Source: an uncultured delta proteobacterium
Lineage (GTDB): Bacteria; Desulfobacterota; RBG-13-43-22
Length of the DNA stretch: 64,000 bases
Reading direction: 5' to 3'
NCBI GenBank assembly: GCA_963711835.1
Contig: CAVQFQ010000013.1
Span: forward strand, 21,629-85,628
How positions within the stretch are numbered: position 1 is the first letter of the stretch; the number at the start of each line of letters is the position of its first letter. The position numbers and the translations under genes were made by a program. The notes under the pieces were generated by a model. It saw nothing but the letters and a program-made list of their open reading frames with translations. It was not told the origin of the DNA and made no database searches. Of the stretch, positions 1-10,286 are shown piece by piece.

Positions 1-1
1 G

Positions 2-3000
2 CCTCATTCCACCTTTATCCATCTGCATACCCATACCCAATACAGCCTGCTGGATGGAGAAATCCGTCTCAAAGCCCTGTGTGAAAAGGCCCAGGCCTTC
101 AAAATCCCGGCTATCGCCATCACCGATCACGGGAACCTTTTCGGAGTGGTGGATTTCTATAAACAGGCCCAAAAATACGGACTGAAACCGATTATCGGCT
201 GCGAAATTTATGTCGCCCCGGAAAGCCGCTTCCAAAAAGAATCGCTTCCACACCAGGAAAATGCCTTCCACCTGGTTCTGCTCTGTAAAAATGATAAAGG
301 GTATCGCAACCTGGTCAAGCTGGTAACCCTGGCCAACTTTGAAGGTTTTTACTACAAACCCAGAATAGACAAGGAGTTGTTGAGGGCCCATAACAAAGGG
401 CTGATCGCTATGTCGGCCTGCTTGCACGGGGAGGTACCCCATAGCCTGCTCAGGGGCCAGTTTGATCTGGCCCTCAAGACCGCCCAGGAACTGGCCGAGA
501 TCTTTGACCAGGACCGCTTCTACCTGGAACTTCAAAAAAATGATATCCCGGAACAGGAGATCGTCAACCGGGGTCTCCTTGAAATTCATCGTCAAACAGG
601 CCTGCCGATAGTCGCGACCAATGACTGCCATTACCTGACCCGGGAAGAAGCCAAGGCCCATGATGTCCTGCTCTGCATCCAGACCGGGAAAACCGTAGAA
701 GATACCAACCGGATGCGTTTTTCCACCGACCAGCTTTACTTCAAATCCCCGGAAGAGATGCAGGCCTTGTTTGCCGATTTGCCTGAGGCCCTGGAAAACA
801 CCTTGCGCATCGCCGAACGATGTAATCTGGAATTGACTTTTGGAAACTCGTTCCTTCCCAAATACCCCCTGCCGCCGGAAGAAACCATGGACGGGCGGTT
901 AAGGAAAAACGCCCGAAGCGGTTTGGAAGAGCGTCTGGCTCAAAAGGAAAAGACGGATCCCTCCTTCCCCCCCCATCGATTCAAGGAATACCGCGACCGG
1001 TTGGAGAAGGAACTCACCGTTATTACTTCCATGGGGTTTTCCGGCTATTTCCTGGTGGTGGCCGATTACGTCCGTTTTGCCAAGGAAAAAGGGATCCCGG
1101 TCGGACCGGGGCGGGGCTCCGGTGCCGGCAGCCTGGTGGCCTTTGCTCTGGGCATTACCGATATCGATCCCCTGACCTACGGTCTTCTGTTCGAACGCTT
1201 CCTGAACGTAGAACGAAAGGAACTTCCGGATATCGATGTGGATTTTTGCGTTGAGGGCCGGGATGACGTTTTAAAATATATTGTTGAAAAATACGGCCAG
1301 GATTATGTGGCTCAAATCATCACCTTCGGGAAAATGCAGGCCCGGGCCGTGATCCGCGATGTGGGGCGGGCCTTGAATATCCCTTACGGGGAGGTCGATC
1401 GGATTGCCAAATTGGTTCCCAATGTCTTGGACATCACCCTGAGTAAGGCCCTGGAGATGGAACCCCGGCTCAAAGAACTCAAGGAATCGGACCCGAATAT
1501 TCGTCAGCTATTGACCGTGGCCGAGGCCCTGGAAGGTCTGCCCCGCCATGCCTCCACCCATGCCGCCGGGGTGGTCATCTCCCCCCACCCTATCCCGGAT
1601 TCCGTTCCCCTCTACAAAGGACCCAAAGGCGAGGTGCTGACCCAGTATGACATGAAATGCGTTCAGGAAATGGGCTTGATCAAATTCGACCTTTTGGGGC
1701 TCAATAATTTAACCATTATTCAGTATGCCCTCAAAGTGATTGAACGCACCCATGGAGTGACCATCGAGCTCTCCCGGATCCCTTTGGACGATCCGGCCGC
1801 TTATGAATTACTGGACCGGGGAGATACCTCGGGGGTTTTCCAACTTGAGAGTTCGGGTATGAAAGAACTCCTGGTCAAGATCGGACCCCGGACCTTTGAG
1901 GACTTGATAGCCCTGATCGCCCTGTACCGGCCCGGTCCCCTGGAAAGCGGCATGGTCGCCGACTATATCAAGCGGAAACACGGTCAGGTGCCGGTCGAAT
2001 ACCCGCTGCCTCAATTGGAGGGGATCTTGAAGGAAACCTATGGCATCGTTGTCTATCAGGAACAGGTGATGCAAATCGCCGGTCTCCTGGCGGATTATTC
2101 CATGGGGGAAGGGGATATCCTCAGGCGGGCCATGGGGAAAAAGATTCCGGAAGTAATGGCCCAGCAGCGGACCCGTTTCCTGGAAGGAACCCGGAAGAAA
2201 AAGATTGATCAAAAGAAGGCCGATGCCATTTTTGATCTGATGGAAAAATTCGGCGGCTATGGTTTTAATAAGTCCCACAGTGCCGCCTACGCCATGATTA
2301 CCTATCAAACGGCCTATCTCAAGGCCCATTACCCGCTGGATTTCATGGTCGCCCTGCTGACCAGCAAGATGGGAAATTCCACGGAAGTGACCAAATATAT
2401 CGCCGAGTGCCGGGAGAAGGGCATGGTGGTTCTTCCTCCGGATGTCAACCAAAGCCAGATGGACTTTACGGTGGTCGAGGATAAGATCCGTTTTGGGCTG
2501 GCGGCTGTTAAGAACGTAGGGGCCGGGGCCATCGAGTTTATCCTGGAGGCCCGGGAAAAGGGGGGACCGTTCCATTCTCTGATTGATTTCTGCCGGAGGG
2601 TCGATTTGCGCCGCGTCAACCGGCGGGTAATGGAAAGCCTGATCAAATGCGGGGCCTTTGACTCCCTGGGGGCGGCTCGTTCCAGCTTGATGGCCTTTTT
2701 GCCTGATGCCTTGGAGATCGGCCAGAAGGTTCAACGGGAGCAGACCGAGGCCCAGTTTAGTCTTTTTGCCCTGACTGCGGAAGGAGGGCCGGCCTTTTCC
2801 ATGCCCGAGGTGGAACTCCCGGCTTTGGGAGAATGGCGGGAGAGTCAGAAATTGGCCTATGAAAAGGAGATCCTCGGTTTTTACATTACCGGGCATCCCC
2901 TGACCCGATATACCGAGGCTTTGCAGGCCATGAAGACGACGGATCTTCAATCCCTCCCGGACTTCGGGGACAAAGAAACCATCCGCATTGCCGGGATGGC

Positions 3001-3478
3001 CGCCGCTTTGAAGGAAATCAACAGCAAAAAAGGGGAGCGCATGGCCTTTGCGACGATTGAAGATCTGACCGGAACCTGCGAGGTGATTATCTTTGCCGAT
3101 ACCTTCAGGAAATGCTCTCCCGTATTGAAGGAGGAAAGTCCCCTGTGGATCAGCGGTCTGACCACCAAGGATGAGAAGGGAATTAAAATTATCGCCAATG
3201 AAGTGATGCTCCTGGCTGAGGCCGAAGAAAAATTAGCCCAGCAGGCGATTATTAAAATATCCCTGGACGACCTCAGCCGATCCCAGCTTCAGGATTTGTC
3301 TCATCTGCTTTTATCCCATAAGGGTCTCTGTCCGGTTCAAATCTGGGCCGCCCTGCCTGATGAGAGCCAGGTTCTCTTAAACCTTCCGGAGGCCTACAAG
3401 ATCCGGCCTTCCTCCCGATTACGAAAAGAACTTAACCATCTTCCCGGTCGTCTTGTCCTGGAAATCCAATATCCCTGA
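2..3478 (+). CDS. dnaE: DNA polymerase III alpha subunit (5' end lies just outside the window)
   Basis: Frame is open from position 2 (PHSTFIHLHTHTQYSLLDG, PHP domain). Motifs GPGRGSGAGS, PDIDVDF, GYGFNKSHS and a C-terminal OB fold are present. Confidence 0.97.
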   Translation, partial: PHSTFIHLHTHTQYSLLDGEIRLKALCEKAQAFKIPAIAITDHGNLFGVVDFYKQAQKYGLKPIIGCEIYVAPESRFQKESLPHQENAFHLVLLCKNDKGYRNLVKLVTLANFEGFYYKPRIDKELLRAHNKGLIAMSACLHGEVPHSLLRGQFDLALKTAQELAEIFDQDRFYLELQKNDIPEQEIVNRGLLEIHRQTGLPIVATNDCHYLTREEAKAHDVLLCIQTGKTVEDTNRMRFSTDQLYFKSPEEMQALFADLPEALENTLRIAERCNLELTFGNSFLPKYPLPPEETMDGRLRKNARSGLEERLAQKEKTDPSFPPHRFKEYRDRLEKELTVITSMGFSGYFLVVADYVRFAKEKGIPVGPGRGSGAGSLVAFALGITDIDPLTYGLLFERFLNVERKELPDIDVDFCVEGRDDVLKYIVEKYGQDYVAQIITFGKMQARAVIRDVGRALNIPYGEVDRIAKLVPNVLDITLSKALEMEPRLKELKESDPNIRQLLTVAEALEGLPRHASTHAAGVVISPHPIPDSVPLYKGPKGEVLTQYDMKCVQEMGLIKFDLLGLNNLTIIQYALKVIERTHGVTIELSRIPLDDPAAYELLDRGDTSGVFQLESSGMKELLVKIGPRTFEDLIALIALYRPGPLESGMVADYIKRKHGQVPVEYPLPQLEGILKETYGIVVYQEQVMQIAGLLADYSMGEGDILRRAMGKKIPEVMAQQRTRFLEGTRKKKIDQKKADAIFDLMEKFGGYGFNKSHSAAYAMITYQTAYLKAHYPLDFMVALLTSKMGNSTEVTKYIAECREKGMVVLPPDVNQSQMDFTVVEDKIRFGLAAVKNVGAGAIEFILEAREKGGPFHSLIDFCRRVDLRRVNRRVMESLIKCGAFDSLGAARSSLMAFLPDALEIGQKVQREQTEAQFSLFALTAEGGPAFSMPEVELPALGEWRESQKLAYEKEILGFYITGHPLTRYTEALQAMKTTDLQSLPDFGDKETIRIAGMAAALKEINSKKGERMAFATIEDLTGTCEVIIFADTFRKCSPVLKEESPLWISGLTTKDEKGIKIIANEVMLLAEAEEKLAQQAIIKISLDDLSRSQLQDLSHLLLSHKGLCPVQIWAALPDESQVLLNLPEAYKIRPSSRLRKELNHLPGRLVLEIQYP

Positions 3479-3566
3479 AGTCTTGCGGAAAACCGGCAAG
3501 CGGTTCGATTCACGGCCCGCCGGTCCCTGTTGGTCACTATTATTTTGAGACCCTTAATAGTTATCC

Positions 3567-4295
3567 ATGACTGTTTATCAAGAACGTTTTTATCGAAGCC
3601 GGCCCAGTTCAAAAGAGTGGATCTCCTTCACTATCCAGGTCAAGGAAAGCGATCTCTGGGTGCGGGCTAAAAGAGACCTTTCCGAAGAAGGGTATGAGCG
3701 GGTTTTTCAACACCGCCATACCGTCGAAACCTATATCCGGCAGAGGCCGGAATTTAAAGACGCCCTGGCGCCTCTTCCCTCTGATCCCCTGGCCCCGGCC
3801 ATTATTCGGGATATGCTGCTGGCCGGTCAAATCGCCGGGGTGGGACCGATGGCGGCTGTGGCCGGCGCCATAGCCCAATATGTAGGGCAGGATCTTCTGC
3901 CTCTGTCGTCCGACCTGATCATCGAAAATGGCGGGGATCTTTTTATCTCCAGCAGCGAACCCTTGACGGTAGGTATCTTTGCCGGCGATTCGGCTTTGAG
4001 CCAACGCCTGGGAATTGAAATGGAGCCCACCCTGACCCCGGTAGGGCTTTGCACTTCTTCAGGTACGGTGGGCCATTCCCTGAGTTTCGGCAAAGCCGAT
4101 GCCGTTACTATTCGCTCCTCTTCGGCCATCGTAGCCGATGCCCTGGCCACGGCCGTCGCCAATCGGGTCCGGACCAGGAAGGATATATCCGGCGCCTTGG
4201 CCTGGGCCCAGTCCATCCCGGAGGTGCAGGGGGTCTTGATCATCGTCGGAGATCAAATCGGCCTTTGGGGGGATTTGAAACTGGTTTCGGTTTGA
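3567..4295 (+). CDS. UPF0280/ApbE-superfamily protein
   Basis: Motifs VGPMAAVAGAIA, IIENGGD, CTSSGTVGHSLSFG and ADALATA. Confidence 0.88.
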   Translation: MTVYQERFYRSRPSSKEWISFTIQVKESDLWVRAKRDLSEEGYERVFQHRHTVETYIRQRPEFKDALAPLPSDPLAPAIIRDMLLAGQIAGVGPMAAVAGAIAQYVGQDLLPLSSDLIIENGGDLFISSSEPLTVGIFAGDSALSQRLGIEMEPTLTPVGLCTSSGTVGHSLSFGKADAVTIRSSSAIVADALATAVANRVRTRKDISGALAWAQSIPEVQGVLIIVGDQIGLWGDLKLVSV

Positions 4296-4442
4296 TTTTT
4301 AGCCACGGACACACACGGACGACTACGGACCATTTTTAGGCCAGACCCCGCTATGAGGGACCTGGCCTAACCACGTCATCGCTATCGCGAGCATAAGAGG
4401 GTCTGTGGTAAAATAAAGGTTTATGAGCAGGAGGATTGTTTA

Positions 4443-5315
4443 ATGAAATTTCCAAAGTCCATAGGGATCATACTACTGATTTGTGTTATAGGCTTCGGGG
4501 GCTGCGGAACCATCCCTGTCGCCAAAGAGCGCAAGGGACCGCCCAAGGTGGCCCTGGTCTTGGGAGGCGGGGCGGCCCGAGGATTCGCTCACGTGGGGGT
4601 TATCCGGGTCTTGGAGCAGGAGAAGATCCCGATACATATGATTGTCGGCACCAGCGTCGGAAGTCTGATCGGGGCCCTCTATGCCTCCGATCCCAACAGC
4701 TTCAATTTGGAATGGCTGGCCTTTACCATCGAGAAAGAGGATATCTTCGATTACTCTGTGCTGTATTCCAAAATGGGTCCGGTCTTAGGAGAGCGGCTGG
4801 AAAAATTCATCCAGACTAAAGTCAGAGCCAAGACCTTGGAACAGATGAAAATCCCCTTCTATGCCGTAGCTACGGATCTGAATAGCGGTGGTACCTGGGT
4901 CTTTGAAAAGGGTTCGGTAGCCAAAGCGGTGCGGGCCAGTTGTTCCATCCCGGGCATTTTTCAACCCCTTGAATTAGGCGGCCGGATGTATGTGGACGGC
5001 GGGGTAACGGACAATCTGCCGGTAGACGTCGCCCGGGCCAGAGGGGCCGATATCATTATCGCGGTCAATATCCAGACAAACATCCAGAACCCCCAGATCA
5101 ATTCCCTGGTCGATGTTATTTTGCAGTCCATCAACATCATGGGGCGTGAACTGGTGAGCTATAAGTGCCGGGACTATGATGTTCTCATCGAGCCCAACGT
5201 CGGCGATGTGGGCCTAACCGATTTTTCCCAGAAAAAGCGGCTGGTGGATGCCGGGATCCAGGCCGCTAAACAGGCCCTGCCCAAGATTCGAAAGTCCCTC
5301 GAAGAGAAGCCTTAA
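4443..5315 (+). CDS. Patatin-like phospholipase, probably a lipoprotein
   Basis: GGGAARG, GTSVG (G-x-S-x-G) and DGG motifs; N-terminal signal peptide with Cys. Confidence 0.9.
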   Translation: MKFPKSIGIILLICVIGFGGCGTIPVAKERKGPPKVALVLGGGAARGFAHVGVIRVLEQEKIPIHMIVGTSVGSLIGALYASDPNSFNLEWLAFTIEKEDIFDYSVLYSKMGPVLGERLEKFIQTKVRAKTLEQMKIPFYAVATDLNSGGTWVFEKGSVAKAVRASCSIPGIFQPLELGGRMYVDGGVTDNLPVDVARARGADIIIAVNIQTNIQNPQINSLVDVILQSINIMGRELVSYKCRDYDVLIEPNVGDVGLTDFSQKKRLVDAGIQAAKQALPKIRKSLEEKP

Positions 5316-5318
5316 ATT

Positions 5319-5690
5319 AGAGTTTGTCCCAACGTTATGTGATTCTCAAACCGAAGGGATTGTCTTAAAAAAATATTAAATCACCCCAAAGGGCTTCGGG
5401 GGTCTTGATTTCAAGGATTGTCCGCCAAAACGCCGGCAGCTTGAACCCGGGCAGGAAGTTTAAAATGGGGTTTAGAAACAGGCCAACACCAAAGTCCCGT
5501 CTTCGGCGGGATGAATGCCCGGCTTCCAACCAACTTAGAAATTTGGGCCGGGTTCTTCGCATCCAAAACAATGCCAGTCCCACTCCTGCGAGTGGATCAG
5601 TTGGGGCTATGGATTACCTTGCGGACAACCTTGAAATCAAGACCCCCGAAGCCCTCGACGAATGGAGTGCTTAACGTTGGGACAAACTCA
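5319..5690. mobile_element. MITE-like repeat, copy A (372 bp)
   Basis: Terminal IR GAGTTTGTCCCAACGTTA / TAACGTTGGGACAAACTC. Flanks are TAAATT/AAAATT (6-bp duplication, 1 mismatch). Has an internal ~34 bp IR and is homologous to the copies at 27421, 49533 and 56443. Confidence 0.88.
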
Positions 5691-5701
5691 AAAATTAATC
5701 G

Positions 5702-6646
5702 ATGAACGATGAGCGCCGGATGATAAAGGCAGCCCTAAAAAAAGGAGGGCATCTCTGGATCGGAATAAGCGCTCTGCTGTTTTTCCAGACCGCCCTTTTC
5801 CTGCAGATTGAGCCGATTGTCACCTATTTTTATTCCTTTATCTGGTGGGCCTATGTGGTCACCGTGGACGGATTGATTTACCGAATCCAAGGACATTCCC
5901 TGATCATCAACCGGACTCGGCAATTCTTTCAGTTGCTTCCCTGGTCGGTTTTTATCTGGCTCATTTTCGAAGGGTTCAACCTGATACTGAAAAATTGGTA
6001 TTACATCGGGGTCCCCAAATCCATTTTCCTGCGCTGGCCGGGCTATTTCGTGGCCTACGGGACCGTTCTTCCCGCCATCTTTGAAACCAAAGAACTACTG
6101 GCAGCCTTGGGCCTGTTCAAAAAAGGCCGTCTGCGGCCGGTTCAAATCCGTCCCACCTGGTTCCGGCCTCTCATAGTCATCGGGTCCCTCTGTCTGATTC
6201 TACCTTTGATGGTCCCGCCCTTTTTCTTTCCCCTGGTCTGGTTGGGCTTTATATTCCTTCTGGAACCGTTCAATTATCAAACCCACCGGCCTTCTCTTCT
6301 TAAAGACCTGGAACAGGGAAAATTGGAAAATCTCCTCCAACTTCCTTTGGCCGGTATGATCTGCGGTCTGCTCTGGGAGTTCTGGAATTACTGGGCCAGC
6401 GCCAAGTGGGTTTACACCGTTCCCTGGGTGGGGGAGTTAAAACTGTTTGAAATGCCCATCCTGGGATTTTTCGGATTTCCCCCCTTTGCCGTGGAGTGCT
6501 TTGTTATCGTCGCCTTCCTGGGATTTTTTGAAGGCCGGACGGAAAAACAGCGGCGGTCGCCTTGGGGGTTCTGGCCGGTATGGCTCTTTTTCTACCTGGT
6601 TATGTTTTCAGCCATCGATACCTATACGGTCCGGTCGTTTGGATGA
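5702..6646 (+). CDS. Multi-pass membrane protein of unknown function
   Basis: Many hydrophobic segments with internally repeated W(L/E)xxE..N...W.Y motifs; 314 aa. Confidence 0.8.
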   Translation: MNDERRMIKAALKKGGHLWIGISALLFFQTALFLQIEPIVTYFYSFIWWAYVVTVDGLIYRIQGHSLIINRTRQFFQLLPWSVFIWLIFEGFNLILKNWYYIGVPKSIFLRWPGYFVAYGTVLPAIFETKELLAALGLFKKGRLRPVQIRPTWFRPLIVIGSLCLILPLMVPPFFFPLVWLGFIFLLEPFNYQTHRPSLLKDLEQGKLENLLQLPLAGMICGLLWEFWNYWASAKWVYTVPWVGELKLFEMPILGFFGFPPFAVECFVIVAFLGFFEGRTEKQRRSPWGFWPVWLFFYLVMFSAIDTYTVRSFG

Positions 6647-6680
6647 CGAGGAATAACCGTAAGAGGCCTGAGGTTGGAGG

Positions 6681-8018
6681 ATGAAAAAGAAACTCTATTT
6701 CATCAGTCTGGGCTGCGCTAAAAATCAGGTGGACAGCGAGATCATGCTCCACGAATTGGAAAGCCGGGGCCTGGTCCTGACCCCGGACCCCGAAAAGGCC
6801 GAGGTCGTCATTGTCAATACCTGCAGTTTTATTGAATCGGCCACCCGGGAAAGCATCGATACCATTCTGGAGGCCGCCCGGTTGAAACAGGAAGGCCGAT
6901 GCCGGGTGTTGGCTGTAGCCGGTTGTTTCCCACAACGCTATCGGGAATCCTTAATAGCCCAATTGCCTGAAGTGGACCTTTTTTTGGGAACCGAATCGTT
7001 TGTAGGTATCGCCGATCAGGTCCTGGCTCTTTTGGCCGGGGATAAAAGCGAAACGATGATCCTGAGACCCGATCCCCGGCTCTGGGCAGGACCTCTCAGC
7101 CGCACCGTGACCACGGGCAAAGGGTCGGCCTATTTAAAAATCGCTGAAGGCTGCTCCAACTTTTGCGCCTACTGCACCATCCCGTCGATTCGGGGACCGT
7201 TCCGAAGCCGCGATCCAGGGATCCTGCTCCAGGAGGCAAACAACTTAGCCGGGCAAGGGGTCAGGGAACTGAACCTGGTGGCCCAGGATACGACGGCTTA
7301 TGGAACTGATTTGAGGCCCTCCTCTTCTCTGATGGCCTTACTGAAGGCCTTGATCCGGATCGAATCGCTCGCCTGGCTTCGGCTCCTCTATCTCCGGCCG
7401 GAGAGGATTACCCGGCCCTTGCTGGATTTGATGGCCGGGGAAGGGAAAATCTGCCCTTACCTGGATATCCCTGTCCAGCATATCAGTGATGCGGTTCTGA
7501 AGAGGATGAATCGGCCTTATCGGGGTAAAAAGCTACGGGGCCTGATTTCTCGAATCCGTCGCCTCCTGCCCCAGGCGGCCCTGCGGTCAACGGTCATGGT
7601 CGGTTTCCCCGGCGAAGGGGAAAGGGAATTTCAGGAGCTGTTCAATTTTATCACTGAAGTTGAATTCGATCACCTGGGCGTCTTCCCATTTTCTCCGGAG
7701 GAAGGCACGCCGGCCGCCCAGTATGCCGATCAAGTACCCCTGGAAATCAGTCAAAAAAGGGTTGATCTCTTAATGGAACGGCAAAAAGAAATATCATTTA
7801 AAAAAAATCAGGCTCGGATCGGGACCCTGGAGCCTGTTTTGGTCACCGGACTCAGCCCGGAAAGCGATTTGTTGATCCAGGGGCGGACCCGTTTTCAGGC
7901 CCCGGAGGCGGACGGGGTGATCTATCTTACCCGGGGCCAGCCCCGCTTCGGCGAAATCCAGATGGTTAAAATCACCGAAGCCCATCCTTACGATTTAGTG
8001 GGAGAAATTTGCGAATGA
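6681..8018 (+). CDS. rimO: Ribosomal protein S12 methylthiotransferase RimO
   Basis: SLGCAKNQVDSE, NTCSFI, radical-SAM motif EGCSNFCAYC, and TRAM domain with QAPEADG. Confidence 0.95.
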   Translation: MKKKLYFISLGCAKNQVDSEIMLHELESRGLVLTPDPEKAEVVIVNTCSFIESATRESIDTILEAARLKQEGRCRVLAVAGCFPQRYRESLIAQLPEVDLFLGTESFVGIADQVLALLAGDKSETMILRPDPRLWAGPLSRTVTTGKGSAYLKIAEGCSNFCAYCTIPSIRGPFRSRDPGILLQEANNLAGQGVRELNLVAQDTTAYGTDLRPSSSLMALLKALIRIESLAWLRLLYLRPERITRPLLDLMAGEGKICPYLDIPVQHISDAVLKRMNRPYRGKKLRGLISRIRRLLPQAALRSTVMVGFPGEGEREFQELFNFITEVEFDHLGVFPFSPEEGTPAAQYADQVPLEISQKRVDLLMERQKEISFKKNQARIGTLEPVLVTGLSPESDLLIQGRTRFQAPEADGVIYLTRGQPRFGEIQMVKITEAHPYDLVGEICE

Positions 8019-8212
8019 AAGAGAAAGCCTATCCCTTTTCCTGTCCCATCTGCGCCAAGGTAACCGACTACCCCTTGGAACTATTTATTGAGGGGGCGGT
8101 TCTCACCTGCCCCTTCTGCAAACTGTCCCTTCGCCTCCACGGGCACATGCTGGCCTATATCCAGAAAGAAATCGTGGAAATGAAAAAACCCGAAGAAGAG
8201 ACAGTCACGTAA
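8015..8212 (+). CDS. Small zinc-finger protein
   Basis: CPIC...CPFC; the ATG overlaps the rimO stop (ATGA). Confidence 0.65.
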   Translation: MKEKAYPFSCPICAKVTDYPLELFIEGAVLTCPFCKLSLRLHGHMLAYIQKEIVEMKKPEEETVT

Positions 8213-8252
8213 GTCCCAACCCCTGACCACCTGAGATTGCTTTTTTCTTCGC

Positions 8253-9332
8253 TTATTCTTTTAAGATTATAGGAAGATAGGTGGGGCAATAAAGTTGGGT
8301 CTGCCGTTCATAGGCTCCCAGGTCCACCTTTCCCCCAACGATTCGAGGATCCCCATTCTTATCTTCAGATACACCTGAGGAGGCCGCGTTGTCCCCGGCA
8401 TTGATGGCCGGGGAGGAACACCGGAGATGCAAATCGAAGAAGCTCACATATCGGGGATCGGCTGAAATAGACCCGATGCCTGGAGAGGCGCCGGAATAAT
8501 TCCCCCAGGCATTGGCCCAGACATCATTGGTGCTGTTAACCGGTGCACTGGTGGCATCGGCATGGATTCCATAGGTGCCGTTGGAAGTAATGACGTTGTT
8601 GGTTATCTGGGGATTGCTGGAATTGAAATTGGCGACTCCGCCTCCCCCGTAATTGAGAAAAATCGTGTTGTTCACAATGGACGGGCTGGCGCTGTCGTTA
8701 AAAATACCGCTGCCGTTGATGCCGGCAATGACGTTGTTGATGATGCTCGGATTCGAATAATAATTTTTAATCCCGGCGTCTGCCCCTCCGCTTCCTGAAA
8801 AGGTCACAAAATTACCGGAAATGGAAAACTGGGTAACGTTTTGAGTGAAAATCCCCGTGGAGGTGTTTTCGGTAATATTGCAGTTGTTAACATAACCTCT
8901 GATGGGGAAGAGGTTGGAAGACCCTATGAGATCTATCCCTTTTATCCCTTTTTTTACCGTTAAATTTTTTATAAAGACAAACTTATTTCCACCCCAAACC
9001 TCAATAACATTCTGGTTGCTGGAAGAGGCGTCAATGATGGCCACCTCCGAGGAAAAACCTTCCAGGTACAAAGCCTTATCCATGATCGTTATGGGAAAGG
9101 TTTCGCCGTTAGCCGCGGTGGAATAGGTTCCCGCCAGGACATAAACCCCATCATTTTCTCCGGCCTTATTAATGGCCGCCTGAATGGTTTTGCACGGATC
9201 TCCAGGAAGACAACTATTTGAATCGCTGCCAGTAGCTCCATCCACATAATACCAGGCCGCCTGGGCAACCGGATTCAGAATAGTCAACACACCAAAAGCG
9301 ACTAGCAACCCTCTTGCGACCCATCTTTTCAT
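8253..9332 (-). CDS. Secreted right-handed beta-helix protein (DUF1565 / choice-of-anchor Q type)
   Basis: Signal peptide ending AQA; YVDGATGSDSN..PCKTIQAAI; Asn-rich beta-helix repeats; SPAINAG..D.R..G.VDLGAYE. Confidence 0.8.
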   Translation of the reverse strand: MKRWVARGLLVAFGVLTILNPVAQAAWYYVDGATGSDSNSCLPGDPCKTIQAAINKAGENDGVYVLAGTYSTAANGETFPITIMDKALYLEGFSSEVAIIDASSSNQNVIEVWGGNKFVFIKNLTVKKGIKGIDLIGSSNLFPIRGYVNNCNITENTSTGIFTQNVTQFSISGNFVTFSGSGGADAGIKNYYSNPSIINNVIAGINGSGIFNDSASPSIVNNTIFLNYGGGGVANFNSSNPQITNNVITSNGTYGIHADATSAPVNSTNDVWANAWGNYSGASPGIGSISADPRYVSFFDLHLRCSSPAINAGDNAASSGVSEDKNGDPRIVGGKVDLGAYERQTQLYCPTYLPIILKE

Positions 9333-9421
9333 CGGCAACCTCCTTTTCTGTTAAACACTTCTAACTTACAAGAAGACACCCCTTTAATTCCATCTGATTT
9401 TACTTCCCGGCCAGGGGCTTT

Positions 9422-9808
9422 TTACCAAATCACCGCCACATCATAACGGGCGATCTGGTGATCAGCGGTCAGGATGGGCATTTCTTCCAACTGCGCCTGG
9501 GCTACTAACAGACGGTCAAAAGGATCCTTGTGATGGTCTGGGAGGGAAAAAATCTGCAAGGCATGCTTCATCCGGATGGCTAAACTTTGAAAAGCATTCA
9601 ATTGGATTTGTTCCCAAATAAAGTCTACCGGGTTCTCCGAAATTTTTAGACGGCCCAATTGCGTCTTAATCACCAATTCCCAACCCGAGGCGGCGCTCAC
9701 AAATACTTCGTTATCCATATTTTTTATTATCTCCCCGGCGCGTGGAGACAGCTTGGGATCATCGGTGATCCACCAGAGAAAGGCATGGGTATCCAGCAGG
9801 ACCCTCAT
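9422..9808 (-). CDS. vapC: VapC PIN-domain toxin
   Basis: LLDTHAFLWW, HKDPFDRLLVAQA and ILTAD motifs. Confidence 0.92.
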   Translation of the reverse strand: MRVLLDTHAFLWWITDDPKLSPRAGEIIKNMDNEVFVSAASGWELVIKTQLGRLKISENPVDFIWEQIQLNAFQSLAIRMKHALQIFSLPDHHKDPFDRLLVAQAQLEEMPILTADHQIARYDVAVIW

Positions 9809-10041
9809 GATCCAAAGGCCTTTAGGAGAGACTTGGGCAGAGGTTTTTCAAAATCCCTGGAAATGACTATTTTCCCCTTGGCCGTTCCCGCCACCCTCTT
9901 GGCAGGTCGATTAACAAAGCTCACCAATCGCGCCACCGGTTTTCCGGCATGGGCAATAACCACCTCATCCCCTTTGGCCACCTGACCCAGGAGCCGTGAC
10001 AGGTGGGTTTTGGCTTCATGAATATTTACTTTTTTTACCAT
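9805..10041 (-). CDS. Phd/YefM-family antitoxin
   Basis: VNIHEAKTHLSRLL..G.EVVIA.AGKPVARLV; overlaps the toxin start. Confidence 0.92.
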   Translation of the reverse strand: MVKKVNIHEAKTHLSRLLGQVAKGDEVVIAHAGKPVARLVSFVNRPAKRVAGTAKGKIVISRDFEKPLPKSLLKAFGS

Positions 10042-10286
10042 GGCTTCCTCCCTTACGAGATTATATAGACTAAGTCCTTGACTAAGTCAAACTCTTTCCT
10101 TAATGCCCGAGATTGCCCCAGCGGCCTTTCAGGTCGTTGTGGGGGATCTTAGGATCTTGATGAAAAAATTACTTTAACTTTTTTAAAAAATTTGGCATAA
10201 AATAAGTCTCATAAAACCAGAACGGGCTGGGGGGAAATGGGTACCGTTTTGTCAACGCCCCCAACCGGAATAAAGGAGGAGACTCG

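Noticed and set aside
1808-2950. Long antisense ORFs (also 18141-19316, 24819-26036, 26033-26875, 58987-59724)
   Set aside because: Shadow frames opposite well-supported genes, with no recognisable motifs.
5365-5705. Recurrent short ORFs (MISRIVRQNAGSL.., ..EIKTPEAL..) here and at 27469, 49484-49988 and 56489-56717
   Set aside because: They are translations of the MITE. Lengths and frames differ between copies, there is no RBS, and indels are not in multiples of three.
10192-10208. Sigma54 promoter upstream of the Lys-rich ORF
   Set aside because: TGGCAT is present but the -12 position reads GT, not GC.
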